Positions 44,300-58,472 of a stretch of 64,000 nt of DNA are shown here, in pieces (positions within the stretch are counted from its first letter, which is position 1; each line of letters begins with the position of its first letter). The stretch is from Octopus sinensis (lineage: Eukaryota), in contig NC_043008.1 in the NCBI RefSeq assembly GCF_006345805.1, forward strand, positions 60,202,001-60,266,000, read 5' to 3'. Both the position numbers and the translations under genes were made by a program. The notes under the pieces were generated by a model that searched no databases, was not told the origin of the DNA, and was given only the letters and a program-made list of their open reading frames with translations.

Positions 44300-45200
44300 G
44301 AGCTGCAAACGAAAGAAAAGGTTAGAAAGTAACGCAGACGCGTCAGATTAATACTTAAACAGAACTAACTGCAGAGTAAAGTCAGATGATAAACATCAAT
44401 AGTATGGCCATTCCAGTAATTAGTTATAATTATAATATTCCTAACTAGAAGCTAAATCAATTAAGGAAAGTAGACGGGAAACAATGAAACACAATGACCT
44501 GTATTTCGAATGCAATATACACAAATTAGAAGAGAAAAATTGTTTTTATCACAAATGGCTTTCAAAAACCATAGGAATTTTTTTTTTGTATAAATATCTA
44601 ACATAAATATCTAACAAAGAATAACTAGTATCTTGTATAAATAATTATACAATATAGACAAAAACAAGTAAAAAAAAAGCCTGTCTTCTGTCTCCATAGG
44701 AGCCAACAAGTATACAAGAGAGGATGAAATGTCAAATGGTCACGAGAAGAATAGAGGCTAAGTAAGAGAAGAAATTCCGGAAAAATCTGAAGACTAAGCT
44801 AAAATGGAGCTGCAGAGTGCTATTGTGAAACGATGAGTAGGGAAGCCCTTATATGGCAAATACTTGAGGATAAAGATTATTTATTGAAGTAGACGAAAGA
44901 ATCACCGTATTAGCTGTAAAACTGCAGGACACAATATTGAGTGCGAGCAGCTTTTTTGATTGCAACAGTTTATGGAAGCTTGTCTATCATAAATCGCCAA
45001 AAGAATGTAACGATGCAGACTATATTACGTGCCGAATATGATGAGATGGAGGAGAAACACTTAGCAATATTTTCTTTGACTACTAATCCAAGGAGGTAAA
45101 TATGTACAGAAACGCCAGAATTGGCGTTGCGAAATGCCAGTAGAATAAAAGAGAGGCATCACAGATATATTCAACGAACTTACTCTGGGGCATATCAATC
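44300..45200 (+). mobile_element. Heavily decayed R4/Dong-type ORF relic
   Basis: Fragments RVRLILK, NINSMAIPVISY, KPLYGKY and DYITCRI resemble the R4 post-RT and zinc-finger region. Confidence 0.55.
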
Positions 45201-45939
45201 TACATGAGAGTGATATGGAGGTTAACTGCCGGATATTTCTCTCAAGCTCCGCATGAAGAGGAAGTAATTTCTGATTGAAGTGGACACTCTATTGCTAACA
45301 AAAAGACGGAAGAAATGCCGTTCAGCATTTTGTCCGGTTTTAAGATATGACTTCAAATTCTTCAGAGGTCGACTTTGCCTTTCATCCTTTCGAGATTGAT
45401 AAACAAACTACCATTTGAGTACTAGTGTCGATGTAACTGAATTATCCTTCACCTAAATTGTTCGCCTTTTACCAAAATTTTAAACCATTCTTAAAGTATG
45501 AATTACTGGAAATAGATGTAGCCAAAATGAGGGATCTAAAAGCTGAAATAATATCTCTAATTAAAATTTTCATCTGTGTCTTAATACACATACAAATGTA
45601 AGTTTGAATATGTAAACATTAGAACGAGCGCCGTTCTATATTAGATTCGTATCTTTTACTGTAGCCTCAGATAGACCGAAAACTTGCGACTGAAAACTAA
45701 GGAAGGCTAGAACTTTAAAATATCGGACAATGCCCTTTCCGTATTCTTTTCGTTACACTTTACTATTAAAGCAAGTTTATGTGTTTCACTGTTACAAGAT
45801 CTATGTGTTTGTTGCATTTAACCACACACATACAGACATTCATATATAGAGTGCACATATAAATATGTGTGTTATATGTGTTATATGTCAGTAATTCTTA
45901 AATATATTTGGTAGTCTTAAATGTAATTGTGTATGTATG

Positions 45940-46002
<63 letters not shown>

Positions 46003-46623
46003 TGTGTGTGTGTGTGTGTGCGTGTAGTATGTATGTATGTGTGTGAGTTATACGTTAGTAATTTCTAAATATGGCCGTCCTAAAGGTCTTCGCTATATTT
46101 AAATGTATATGACTGATTTAAACGAATAAGACAATTATATCTAAGTGAGCATACTCACAGCATGCTTCTAAAAGCTGGAGAATACAAGTGAATGATGGCT
46201 GTCAAAATAGCTTCGATTTGAACGAAGCCATAAAAATGAAACTGGAAAAGCGGACAATGAACTTGCTATTGTATGGTATCTAATCATTGAATGCATGTAA
46301 GAGAGATCACTGTTATAAGCATTCGAAGTAAAATTATTCGAAAATGTCAAGAGAGCTTCCCTTCAACATCTGAATAAGCAATAAAATAATTTATATTCTA
46401 AAAATTACGTTAGTTCAAATTTGTTTCTTATGAATTGCTCTATTAAACACAACTTTTATACGCATCACATTCCTGGTAATTACCATTGGAATTCAAGAAT
46501 GTATAATATATAGTAGATAGGTGTTTTATCTGAACGGGAAAGAATATTACAATGATAATATAGGAGCGCATACATACAAAGGCATAGACTTAGATACACA
46601 TGTATGTATATATATATATATAT

Positions 46624-46706
<83 letters not shown>

Positions 46707-46709
<3 letters not shown>

Positions 46710-46972
46710 GGAGGCACATGGCCTAGGGGTTCGAATCACACACCGGGTGATGTGTGTGTGCTTATGAGCGAAACACCTAAGCTCCATGCGGTTCCGGCAG
46801 AAGGTAGTGGCGAACTTCTGCTGACTCTTTCGCCACAACTGTCTCTTACCCTTTCCTCCTGCATCTTTTAGCTCACCTGCGATTGACCGGCGTCCTGCCC
46901 AGGTGGGGAACCTCTACGCCAAAGAAACCGGGAACCGGCCCTAATGAGCCACGCGTGGCTCGAGAAGGAACA
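46707..46972 (+). mobile_element. SINE family C' (shortened tRNA head, distinct 3' tail)
   Basis: Matches 51348-51617 (minus) and shares gagcgaaacacctaagctcc with family C. Confidence 0.85.
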
Positions 46973-47028
46973 AACATATATATATATATATATAATATAT
47001 ATATATATATATAATATATATATTATAT

Positions 47029-47059
<31 letters not shown>

Positions 47060-47453
47060 TTATATCTATACATATACATGTATAATATATACATATACAT
47101 ATGTATATATGTATACATATGTATATCTATACATGAATGCATTTATATACAAAGCGTTTAAAAGTAACTGACACATACATACATATGTAATTATATATAT
47201 ATGCAACATGTTTAAAAATGATTGTATCTGTTTATACTTATGCATATATATATATATATATATTTGTACATGTGTGTATATACGTAGTAGTGTTCATATG
47301 GATACATGCATATATGTATCTCAGTCTGTATGTGTCAATGTACATACATAGATTTCAATATATGCATACGTGTTTATTGATGTATATGTATGTGCGTGTG
47401 TATGTATGTGTGTGTATATACATATATATATATATATAGATATATAATATATA

Positions 47454-47584
<131 letters not shown>

Positions 47585-47857
47585 GTGTGTGTGTGTGTAT
47601 ATGCTTACGTTTCTGTTAGTGCAGATCTATATCAGAGCTTGTGTGTAAATAGGAAATAGAGCGAAGGGTACTAGAACAAAATACCTCAAATGAAGGATCG
47701 CAACAGATGGCAATTAACAGCGGTAGATTTTATCACATGTAAAACAATATCACGAAATGTTTTAGTTCTCTATGTTTTCATTATGACTATAGTTTCTTTT
47801 ACTTTGCTTAGCATTTACCATTATATTCTCTTCGTTTCTGTTTTTTAAATTCTCAAG

Positions 47858-47994
47858 ATGATGAAATGTTGGGAGATAAGCTTATTCTTCACACCGGAGA
47901 AATAGTCATCCGTACATTGGCAGGAGACGTTGAGAGTCATAAATATTTAAAAGAGGGATTTCATCTTCAACAACAATGCGTATTATTGAGATAG
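47858..47994 (+). CDS. Candidate exon [41 protein letters not shown](VLLR*)
   Basis: Long pyrimidine tract ending ttctcaag|. Its phase-1 start matches the 42966 donor, and the frame is open for 44 codons. It ends at a weak donor TGC|gtatta (47979) or stop TAG (47992-47994). Confidence 0.45.
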
Positions 47995-48137
47995 AAACGA
48001 TAGGGGCCATTTCCTGTTGGAGTGATGTGTGTCACATGGCTTCCATGAATCATTTGTGTGGAAAGAAAACGAAGAAACAAATTGAAATGATATGAAACTC
48101 AAAATCTTGAGGTATTTGGGAATGATAGACTGGAAGA

Positions 48138-48187
<50 letters not shown>

Positions 48188-48819
48188 TACATATATACAC
48201 GTATGTATATACATATATATATACACATATATATACACACACACATATATATATATGTATATATATATACATAAATATACACACATATATATATACATAT
48301 ATACATATATAAATACACCCCCACATATATGTATATATATATATGTGTATATATATATGTGTATATGTATATATACATGTATATATACACACACACACAT
48401 ATATATATATATACATACGCACATGCACACACATATATTCATCTATACTAACTTAGGAACTATATATACATATAAAGAGAGAGAGAGAGACAGAGAGAGA
48501 GAAAGAAAATGGTGAGAATGAAATGCACATACGTAGTGGATATACGAGAATGTGAGAGGATGGAAGTCGTACTCAATACAACTTCATATATTTTGTAAAC
48601 AACTGTACAGATCATTTCATCTCTCAGTTTCTCGACTGTTTATTTATGTGGCTAAGTATTTCCTACTTACCAATTTCTAATGCACACATAGTTACACAAA
48701 TGTAGAAACACAGACACAGAAACACACACACACACACCAACACACACGCACAGAAACACACACACATACATTTGTGTGTGAGTGTGATTGCATATGAAGA
48801 TGCAAGCACATGTAGAAAT

Positions 48820-48858
48820 TTTGTAGTAGTAGTAGTAGTAGTAGTAGTAATTAAAATG

Positions 48859-48891
<33 letters not shown>

Positions 48892-49072
48892 TAATAACAA
48901 TAATAATAACAATAATGATAATAATAATAATAATAATAATAACAATAATAATAATAACAATAATAATAACAATAATGATAATAATAATAATAATGATAAT
49001 AATAATAATAATAATAATAATAATTATAATAATAACAATAATAATAACAATAATGATAATAATATAATAATG

Positions 49073-49107
<35 letters not shown>

Positions 49108-49145
49108 TAATAATAATAATATAATAATAATAATAATAATAAAAT
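48820..49145. repeat. (TAG)n/(TAA)n trinucleotide array, representative of dozens of TA, CA, TAA, CATA, TAC, CAT and GA microsatellites
   Basis: Read directly. Other large arrays: 1370-1560, 5740-6020, 10760-10895, 13360-13860, 27640-28070, 34460-34870, 47430-47600, 52680-52950, 62150-62375. Confidence 0.98.
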
Positions 49146-49565
49146 ACGGCACATTTATGTATACACAAGTGGACCATTTTAATACAAAGTATGCGAGTGT
49201 ATACAGATACATATAAATACCTTCCTTCCTACCGGCATGTCTATATTCATACATACATACATACATACATGCATACATATATACATATATACATACATAA
49301 ATACATACATACATACATGCATACAGACATGCATATTTACATGCACATCCGTACAAGTTCACACACGCAACTAATCCGGCCAATCCAGTACCCTGTAATT
49401 TCCTGAAACCAACTTGCTGTCGGTGTCACAAAGAGGGAAGGATGATATAGCGAAGGATTACCTCTCACCATAACGGCGTATATCCCAAAACGCACCAGTT
49501 GCTCAATAGCTGAATAGCAAAAAAATTGAGGACACACCCTAAACACTAAATCAGATGCACCATGG

Positions 49566-49795
49566 TTACCTTCTCTGATGACCATGGCTAAAAGACTGTG
49601 CGCCCCTGTCCATATTTTCTTGTAAGATGCTAGGTCTGCGAAGACTAGGCTCCATTATCACCCATTGAAAATATTCATCCATTATTGTATTGCTTCTGTT
49701 TGAATTCTCTGAGAGAATTTTTCTACTATTATCTAATGTATCTTTCTTGGGTGAAGGACCGTTTACATCTCGGTTAAACACGCGTGTGACAGGCA
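49566..49795 (-). CDS. Candidate coding exon (M-PVTRVFNRDVNGPSPKKDTLDNSRKILSENSNRSNTIMDEYFQWVIMEPSLRRPSILQENMDRGAQSFSHGHQRR*), likely exon 2 of the secreted-protein gene
   Basis: Strong acceptor ttgtatttcccctcatccag| at 49796. Only one frame (phase 1) is open, for 75 codons. It ends at either a donor AAG|GTAACC (exon end 49570) or the overlapping stop TAA (49568-49566). Confidence 0.55.
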
Positions 49796-49879
49796 CTGGA
49801 TGAGGGGAAATACAATGCTACACTCTCCTGTCATTGTCACGCTCATCAAAAGTACTGATTTATATATATATATATATAG

Positions 49880-49939
<60 letters not shown>

Positions 49940-50045
49940 TTACTACCCACAACGGTTAAACATAGTGGGGACAAACAAGGACAGACAAAGGGATTAAGTC
50001 GATTACATCGACCCAGTGCGAAACTGGTACTTTATTTATCGATCA

Positions 50046-50322
50046 ACGGAATACACTGGGCGTGAAATTAATATGCAAGTGGCTGAGTACTCCACGGACA
50101 CGTGAACCCTTAACATAGTTCTCACGGAGATTTACTATGACACGGAATGTGACAAAGCTGGCCCCTTCGAAATAGAGACGCTACTCATTTTTACCAGCTT
50201 AGTGAACTGGAGCAATGTGAAATAAAGTGTCTTGCTCAAGAACATAACTGCTCACCAGGAATCGATCTCAAGATCTTACGATCATGAATCGAATGCCTAA
50301 CCGCTAAGCCAAGCGCCTTCAC
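50046..50322 (-). mobile_element. Mosaic SINE (family D-like head, family C-like tail) abutting a truncated family A copy
   Basis: ttgctcaag..ctggagcaa segment as in 11480-11530; tail as in 57980-58090. Confidence 0.75.
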
Positions 50323-50455
50323 GATGTGCAAATATTGTTGTATAATTCAGGTTAATGCACCAGAGATTTTAGTTTCTAACAAGTGCATATGTTTTAATGC
50401 ATGTGTTTATGTGGACGTATCTTTCATAAAGATGTATTTTTACACACTTACGTAG

Positions 50456-50861
50456 ATATTTGCGCATATGACGCTATTTTTAATGTTCATTAACAAAATC
50501 AGAATGTTGTCTGAGGATGTGCCTGCACAAATCCTGTGGCATATGACGTAAGTTCTAAGAAGGATTATGTGATATGATATACTTATGACCATACTTATGA
50601 CTATCTTGATCACATTTATTTGATTCTAACTAAACTTAGAATAAGAATTGATAGCGATCACGTATCATATATAAACAGTAAGGTGAGTCAACAACAGCTG
50701 CTAGTATCATCTATCATCATAAAATACCATACAATTATAACAGAATTTTTGCTTTTTCTTAATTTATCTACTTGCAGACACATTGTATAATAGAAACAGA
50801 AAACATAATAGTAAATTGGAAGAAGACATTTACTCGAAGGAAAAAAATGAAATTTATATAA
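50456..50861 (+). CDS. Cluster of three phase-compatible small candidate exons (50456-50547, 50640-50682, 50778-50861)
   Basis: GAC|gtaagt, ctaac...ttag|...AAG|gtgagt and tttttcttaatttatctacttgcag| give IFAHMTLFLMFINKIRMLSEDVPAQILWHMT-IRIDSDHVSYINSK-THCIIETENIIVNWKKTFTRRKKMKFI*. Introns are ~92-95 nt. No homology recognised. Confidence 0.3.
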
Positions 50862-51347
50862 ATTTCTGAAAACTTTTCAATGTATATAGTTTCTATATCT
50901 ATTTTCCTATTTTTTTACTTCGAATTTCCCAGCAATAGACAGAAGCTGTTTGTAGCAAAGACAACGTCTCGTATAGATATGTATGAATGTATTTATTGTA
51001 TTTATGCACGAACAGCTGAATGTCACTGCTTACGTCTATCTACAGTGCTTTACGTATGTGTAAACCAACATATGTCGTCCTGTCCATACATATGTCCGTA
51101 TATTATTACATGCAGGGTTTCTCATACTTTGACAGTACATCTGATGACTGGTAGCTATAGTCTGTGAAATAAGAGTGTTCTTTCTAATTTTGCGAAATCT
51201 AGCTTTTTGAGATCGGTACTGAGCCATGTACATACGTCATGTATCCAACTGCTCGAATAATTATTGACAGGAATCTAAATCTATAGACAGGATGAAGAAA
51301 CTACAGGTTTCAGATCAATTCATTATATATGTTTCTATAACATTGTA

Positions 51348-51617
51348 TTGTTCCTTCTCGAGCCACGCCTGGCTCATAAGGGCCGGTTTCCCGGTTTCCT
51401 TGATGTATAGGTTCCCCACCTGGACGGGACGCCGGTCCGTCGCAAGTGAGCTGCAAAATGCAGGAGGAAAGAGTGAGAGAAAGTTGTGGCGAAAGAGTCA
51501 GCAGAAGTTCGCCATTACCTTCTGCCGGAGCCGCGTGGAGCTTAGGTGTTTCGCTCATAAAGACACACATCGCCCGGTCTGAGATTCGAACCCGCGATCC
51601 CTAGGCCATGTGCCTCT
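51348..51617 (-). mobile_element. SINE family C'
   Basis: Reverse complement of 46707-46972. Confidence 0.85.
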
Positions 51618-51875
51618 ACATAACCTTGTATTGACGTCACATGACTAACTAATTACGACTGGGCATAATTTCTGTTCTCTGTCTCATCATACCTGGTCTG
51701 TTATTCTACTCATCTATTATATATACATATGTGTGTGTGTGGTCCAATATATTTTGTGACATAAAGCTGAGATTTCATCTGAGCATTCAGAGAACCACAA
51801 CGAATAGCTCAGCCCAATGAAATCGAGACTCTAACAACTCGCCCAATCTGTATACATATACATACAACTGTATGT

Positions 51876-51909
<34 letters not shown>

Positions 51910-52685
51910 ATGTATATACATACATTCACAGACGCACACTCACACACACCACACACAAACATATATATATATATATAGCCATTATATATACAAATCACAC
52001 TGTGTATATATACATGTATATATAATTTATCTATCTATATAATTATATACATCAAGCGGTATATTTATATATTTATATATATACATATATATGTGTGTGT
52101 GTGAGTGTATGTGAGTGTGTGTGCATACAACTATATATGGGTGTTTGTATGTGTGTGTATATATGTGCGAGACGAATGTGCGTTTGTGTTCTTTTGGTAA
52201 TACCATGCAGGTGTGTAACACAATGAGTACACTGTAAATCGCCGTAGTAGATTTCATAGGAATAAAATGCTGCGTAAAATTTCAAAACAGAAATAAACTT
52301 GATAAATTATATATCAAAAGAGTAATTCTATTTCTGTTAAAAGCAGTCTGGTGTGTGTCTTGTATCGATATAAGAAAGATGATATAAGATAACTCGCTGT
52401 CTGAGAGCTTATCAATATACAGTAGACGGATGTCATGTGATGGTAGTGAAATATCTACTTAACAGAAGGAAAACGTGGTTGAAATGCATATGTATTCATT
52501 ATAAAGCATCTGGAAAGAGTATGTTCTGTAGTAGAGTATTAATGAAAGGATTTTAATCCTATCATCTCAACCAAACATGACACGTTTAAAATGCTATAGA
52601 TAGATATGTGTTGTCAGTAAACACAGAAACACAAATATAAATACGTACGTGCAACTTTTTTTTCAAAATCTTAAATTTTTGTACG

Positions 52686-52829
<144 letters not shown>

Positions 52830-52865
52830 ATATATATATATATATATATACATATATATATCTAT

Positions 52866-52937
<72 letters not shown>

Positions 52938-53320
52938 ATATAATTATATATATACTTGTGCTGATGGAAGTGCTTAACAGTAAATTATATTATTGAAATT
53001 ATGCTGAGAATAGGCTTTAAAATAGCATAAGTTTGAAGTTACAGTTAAATCAAATATTAATAAATTTCATTCCACTAAATATGTAGGCTCACACCTCATA
53101 TTTTGTTGCTTGCGAAATTATGCCAATATAATATATCACCTTGATCACCTTGACCGACCATATATATATATATATATATATATCTATATATATATAATAT
53201 ATATATTATATCGTATATATATATATACATATATATATATAGATAATAATTAATATTGAAGAATTAATTCTTTAATGAATATATCATATAGAATATCGTA
53301 AAATATCAAAATTTTTATCA

Positions 53321-53503
53321 AGTTAGAAAACAGCGAGATCTAATGGATATAAATTGATTTATTAATTAAACAATATATTCACCAACAATTGTTTCACTTC
53401 ACAATCTTGCTTGTGAAATGAAACAATTGTTAGTGAATATGTTGATTATGTTGATTAATTAATAAATCGACGTATATCCATTAGATCTCTCTGTCTTCTA
53501 ACT
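53321..53503. repeat. Long near-perfect inverted repeat (~85-93-bp arms, 6-nt loop), MITE-like or hairpin RNA
   Basis: agttagaaaacagcgagatctaatggatata...cacaa-TCTTGC-ttgtg...tatatccattagatctctctgtcttctaact. Confidence 0.85.
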
Positions 53504-54154
53504 CTCTCTCACTCTCGCGCTCTCTCTGTATATACATGCATACATACATGCATATACATATATATATATATATATTATATATTATATATATATATATATA
53601 CATAAACTTGTGTGTGTGAATGGGTGTACGCCTGTTTGCCTACGAGCGTTTTCTTCGTAATTGTATGTTTCTCATTAAGGTTGATTAATCACGACTGTCA
53701 AAGACTAATTACCTTTAAAGACGATATAGTTTAGGATGTGCATCGATATTCGTTTGTGCCACTTGTTGATACCACAGTTATATATTATAGAGTTCAGACT
53801 TAAATTTTAAGCGGCAAATGTCAGAACTAACGCAACGTACATCATTTATATCTCCGACTGATAACCCGGAAATCACTTTGTTGAAAGAAGATGCGGCAGA
53901 CATAAATTTTGAATGATAATCCCATCTTTCATTATTAATTATAGTTTGAAATGGCTCCTAATTATTGTCTTGTAGCTATTTTCTTATCACAATTTGGCGT
54001 AGTTACACGTAAATTTGGACACATCGATAATCTTCGTATGCTGCCGTGCATTTTGAAATGATTGCTTAAAATATATAACGCTTATATATATAGTATATAT
54101 TATTTACTATATATTACTTAATATGAACGCCACGCATCCATTTCCAAGTAGGTT

Positions 54155-54220
<66 letters not shown>

Positions 54221-54396
54221 ACACAAACACACACACATATATATATATGAGAGTTGTATATTGTAAAATTTACTTCAAACTGCATGTCAGTATACAAAGT
54301 TTATTATTGTTATTAGGAGTGGCTGTTTGGTAAGTAGCTTGCTTACCAACCACATACTTCCGGGTGATGTATGTATTTATATATATATATATATAT

Positions 54397-54429
<33 letters not shown>

Positions 54430-55268
54430 CATATATATATTTAATATATATATATATATGTAAATATATGTATATATATAGGTATATATATTGGTAAAAA
54501 CGGTAAGATAACAAAAGAAGGAAAGAGACCTCAACATTATGTAAATATATGTATATATATATATATGTACAGCTGTCTATTCATTACGGCCATTTCAAGC
54601 GACTTGATTAATGAAAACATTAAAATCATTGCAAAGCAAGCATTTTCGTCAGATGCCTACATAGACGTCAAACACAAAGGACAAACCGACCGCTATAATA
54701 TATTCTTATCACCAACGGAGCTGAAATATGTGTTTTGTTTCTGCTGCTGTGTCTTTAGCAGGATGAGTTTAGAAAATAGACTGTATATTCTCGAACCTTC
54801 TAGAGTTTAGAGGTTAGTAGAGGTTACAGTGGTGGTGGGGATACTTGAGTGTAGTGATCTAGTTACGTACATCTCGAAGACAATAAGTGGAATGTAATCT
54901 TCAATCTTCCAAAATGAAATCTCTTGGATGTAATTGTATGCTAGACAATCGGTGATAAAATATTTAATATCATCACAACCTAATAGACTATCGAAGTACT
55001 GGAAACTTATATCTGGCTTTGTCTACACGAAATGATAAGGCTTGGGATCGTAAAAAAAGGGGAAATGCCTAATGAAAAAGGGCTGATAATTGGAAGAAAG
55101 ATAGGAAGGGCTAAAGATACTTATTTTGATTGTCATCATAAAAGGGACGGTAATGAAAAACTAAAGGAATAAGTATTAAACATTAGGGGTGGAAGATAAG
55201 TTCAAGGAATAAGGGAAGGTGCCTCAGTTTAAGTACCTAACTCAACTGAAACTTTATTAAAATTCATA

Positions 55269-55311
<43 letters not shown>

Positions 55312-55316
55312 ACATA

Positions 55317-55732
55317 TACTCTTACTCTTTACTTTTTTACTTCTTGCAGTCTTCTGAGTGTGGCTATGCTGGAGCAACGCTTTTAGTCGAGCAAATCGAC
55401 CACAGGACTTATTATTTGTAAGCGTAGTACTTATTATGTCGGTTTCTTTTGCCGAATCGCTAAGTTACAGGGAATTAAACACACTACCATCGGTTGTCAA
55501 GTGATGTTGCGGGGACAAACAGACACACAAACATATATACACACACGCACATATATATATACATATATACGACGGGCTTCTTTCAGTTTCCGTCTACCAA
55601 ACCCACTCAAAAGGTTTTGGTGGGTCCGAGACTATATTAGAAGACACTTGTCCAAGGTGCCACGCAGTGGGAATAGACCCGGAAACATGTGGTTAGTAAG
55701 CAACCTACATACCACACAGTCACTCCTACGCC
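55317..55732 (-). mobile_element. SINE family B
   Basis: Reverse complement of 33802-34212. Partial copies also at 14690-14880, 54316-54365 and 57370-57520. Confidence 0.88.
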
Positions 55733-56793
55733 TATATATATATATATAATAATTAGAAGGTTCCACGCAGGAAAGCTAAAATCCAAACAATAACTTATAA
55801 ATCTATTGATTTATAGTATGTTCTGACAGTTTTGAATGGAATATGTGATATATCTTTCGTAGACATCATCCTGCCTCTGCAAATAATTTCTCTACTGATT
55901 TCTATGAACAACTACTCGCGTTAGTGTACGATTCCTCGATTTCGTGAGGTAGCTATAACTGAGGAGACATAAAAAGAAGTCAAAACATCGTGGTGTCTCG
56001 AGTTCCCATTATACTAGAGATTCACCCGTGTTAAGCACATACTTCGTCTAAAGAGGTGAGGTTTTCGCCGCAGATGCAAATAGTAATAAAAAAAACAGCA
56101 ATCACATATTCGAACCTGCCTTGGGGTTTTATGAATGGGGATGTTCTGGCGTTTGTGTGCATAGTAAGATACATACAAGAAAATACATGCAATGTGTGTG
56201 TGTATGTGTGTGTGTATGTGTTGATGGTGTCTCGGTGTATATATGCGTGGGTATGTGTGTATAGATACATGTACATACTCAGATACATGCAATCTATATA
56301 CATATATTCCTACAAACATACACAAATGTACACAGGAACATACACACATACACACACGCACACACGCACACACCCACACACACACATGAGTTTTAAAATG
56401 TAACTGATATATTTCTCATTCACACTTAATTAAACTTGACTCTGGCATCCGAAAGAAACCTATAAACACGCGTACACAACCTCAAACACAAACACACAAA
56501 TATTCACACATTCACATACACAGAAAACGCCTGAATGAATGTATTTAATTAATTCGCTGTTAATACTGGCTAATATCTACAATTAACTTACTTAGAGGAA
56601 TTTGAAACGAGCAGACAGGAGGGTTAATGAAAAAAATACCATTATAGTTGTTTTACCGTAAAGAATATAATCTGAATATATTTCAAAATTTTAATTAACG
56701 CATGTCAAGTTATGTCTTATCATTATATACAAAAAACTGTCACATACAGATTCATCCATTCTGTATATACATTATGTGTGTCTTATTATAATA

Positions 56794-56826
<33 letters not shown>

Positions 56827-57038
56827 ATAGTTTGTTCACCAATAAAAGTGCACATTCAATAAAAGAAAATATTACTTAATGCACACAGTTTAATGATACA
56901 AGCTTTAGTGGTTTCTTGCTGCGGAGACACGGGTCTAGGCAGGTTTGAAATTCACACACACATACACACACGCATACATACATAGATACATACTTACACA
57001 CATATAATGTGTATATATATATATATGTGTGTGTGTGT

Positions 57039-57072
<34 letters not shown>

Positions 57073-57208
57073 TGAGAAAATGGAGATTGGGAAGATAATA
57101 ATTGTTTATTATGTACAAAAAATTAATCATCATTCCTTACAGCTGTTTCAGTTAATACTCAATAAATATTAAATTTATAGGACCTGACCATAATATTTCC
57201 ACAACCTC

Positions 57209-57244
<36 letters not shown>

Positions 57245-57761
57245 AATATATATATATATATATATATATCTTTATATATATATATGTGAGTGTATGTATG
57301 TGTGTGTTTGTGTGTGCGTATATATATCTAGGTGTGTGTACGTATATATCTATGTATGTGTCTCTTCCTGTTTGTGTTTGTGTTCCATTGTTTACGTCCT
57401 TATAGCCTAGTTAATCATAAGAAAGCTATAAAAATGTACCAGGCTTAAAAATGATTCGATTAAACCCTTCCTGGGGTTTCCATAACATGGCCACAACCCA
57501 ATGACTGAAGCAAGTAAAATATCATGGATACAGATATGTAATAAATAAGTGCGTATTATATGGAGACAAGACCGTATAATTTACCTTTGTGATATGGTGT
57601 AACTGATGCCATCGACACCAATAAATTACTGGTATTCTTTCTTCTCGGAGAAATGAAGGCTTAGTTCACTTCGCTAGTTTCTAACTCAAAACGTAGAATC
57701 ACAAATCCTAGGAGGTATACCGTGATGGTAACTGATCCTTGCATGTAATTGATTGGCACTG

Positions 57762-58140
57762 TGGAGGCGCAATGGCCCAGTGGTTAGGGAGCGGACTCGC
57801 GGTCGTAGGATCGCGGTTTCGATTCACAGACCGGGCGTTGTAAGTGTTTATTGAGCGAAAACACCTAAAGCTCCACGAGGCTCCGACAGGGGATGGTGGT
57901 GATCCCTGCTGTACTCTTTCACCACAACTTTCTCTCACTCTTACTTCCTGTTTCTGTTGTACCTGTATTTCAAAAGGGCCGGCTTTGTCACACTCTGTGT
58001 CACGCTGAATCTCCCCAAGAACTACGTTAAGGGTACACGTGTCTGTGGAGTCCTCAGCCACTTACACGTGAATTTCACGAGCAGGCTGTTCCGTTGATTC
58101 GGATCAATCGGAACCCTCATCGTCGTAACCGACGGAGTGC
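57762..58140 (+). mobile_element. tRNA-derived SINE family C
   Basis: Head ggaggcgcaatggcccagtggttag...ggtttcgattc. Its 3' part is shared with 50046-50170. Confidence 0.88.
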
Positions 58141-58472
58141 TTCCCCCTGATTGGCACTTCTTTCATTGTAGGAAGCAGGTTATTTGTAGATAAGAAGATC
58201 GCTTTGCAACAATGCGGTTTCAGGTTCAGTCTCCCTACGCGGCGACTTGGGTAAATTTCTTCACATGCCTCGTCCCGGGAAAACAAATGCCCTACTAGTG
58301 AATTAGTTAGAGATAAACCGAGTGAAAAACAAAAACTGTTGAATTTATGTGTGTGTGTCTGTGTGTGTGTGTGTGTGTGTGTTGGTGCATGTGTGTATGT
58401 GTTTGCGTGTGTGTTTGTGTGTGTTTGTGTGTGTTTGTTTGTGCTTGTTTGCTCCCCCGATTTTAATAACAG

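Noticed and set aside
49380-49450. Plus-strand PTCCRCHKEGRMI* as a LINE ORF1 zinc knuckle
   Set aside because: The His and last Cys are absent, and there is no supporting endonuclease motif downstream.
53789-53915. Terminal-exon-like frame SSDLNFKRQMSELTQRTSFISPTDNPEITLLKEDAADINFE*, and similar 40-80-codon frames at 4415-4666, 15200-15320, 22680-22830, 35200-35273 and 54565-54810
   Set aside because: Frames of this length after an AG are expected by chance in AT-rich DNA, and no homology or matching donor supports them.
56043-56150. Second hydrophobic signal-like stretch RFEYVIAVFFITICICG..SLDE|gtatgt on the minus strand
   Set aside because: Its phase-0 end does not fit the 49795 exon, and the upstream frame runs into microsatellite.
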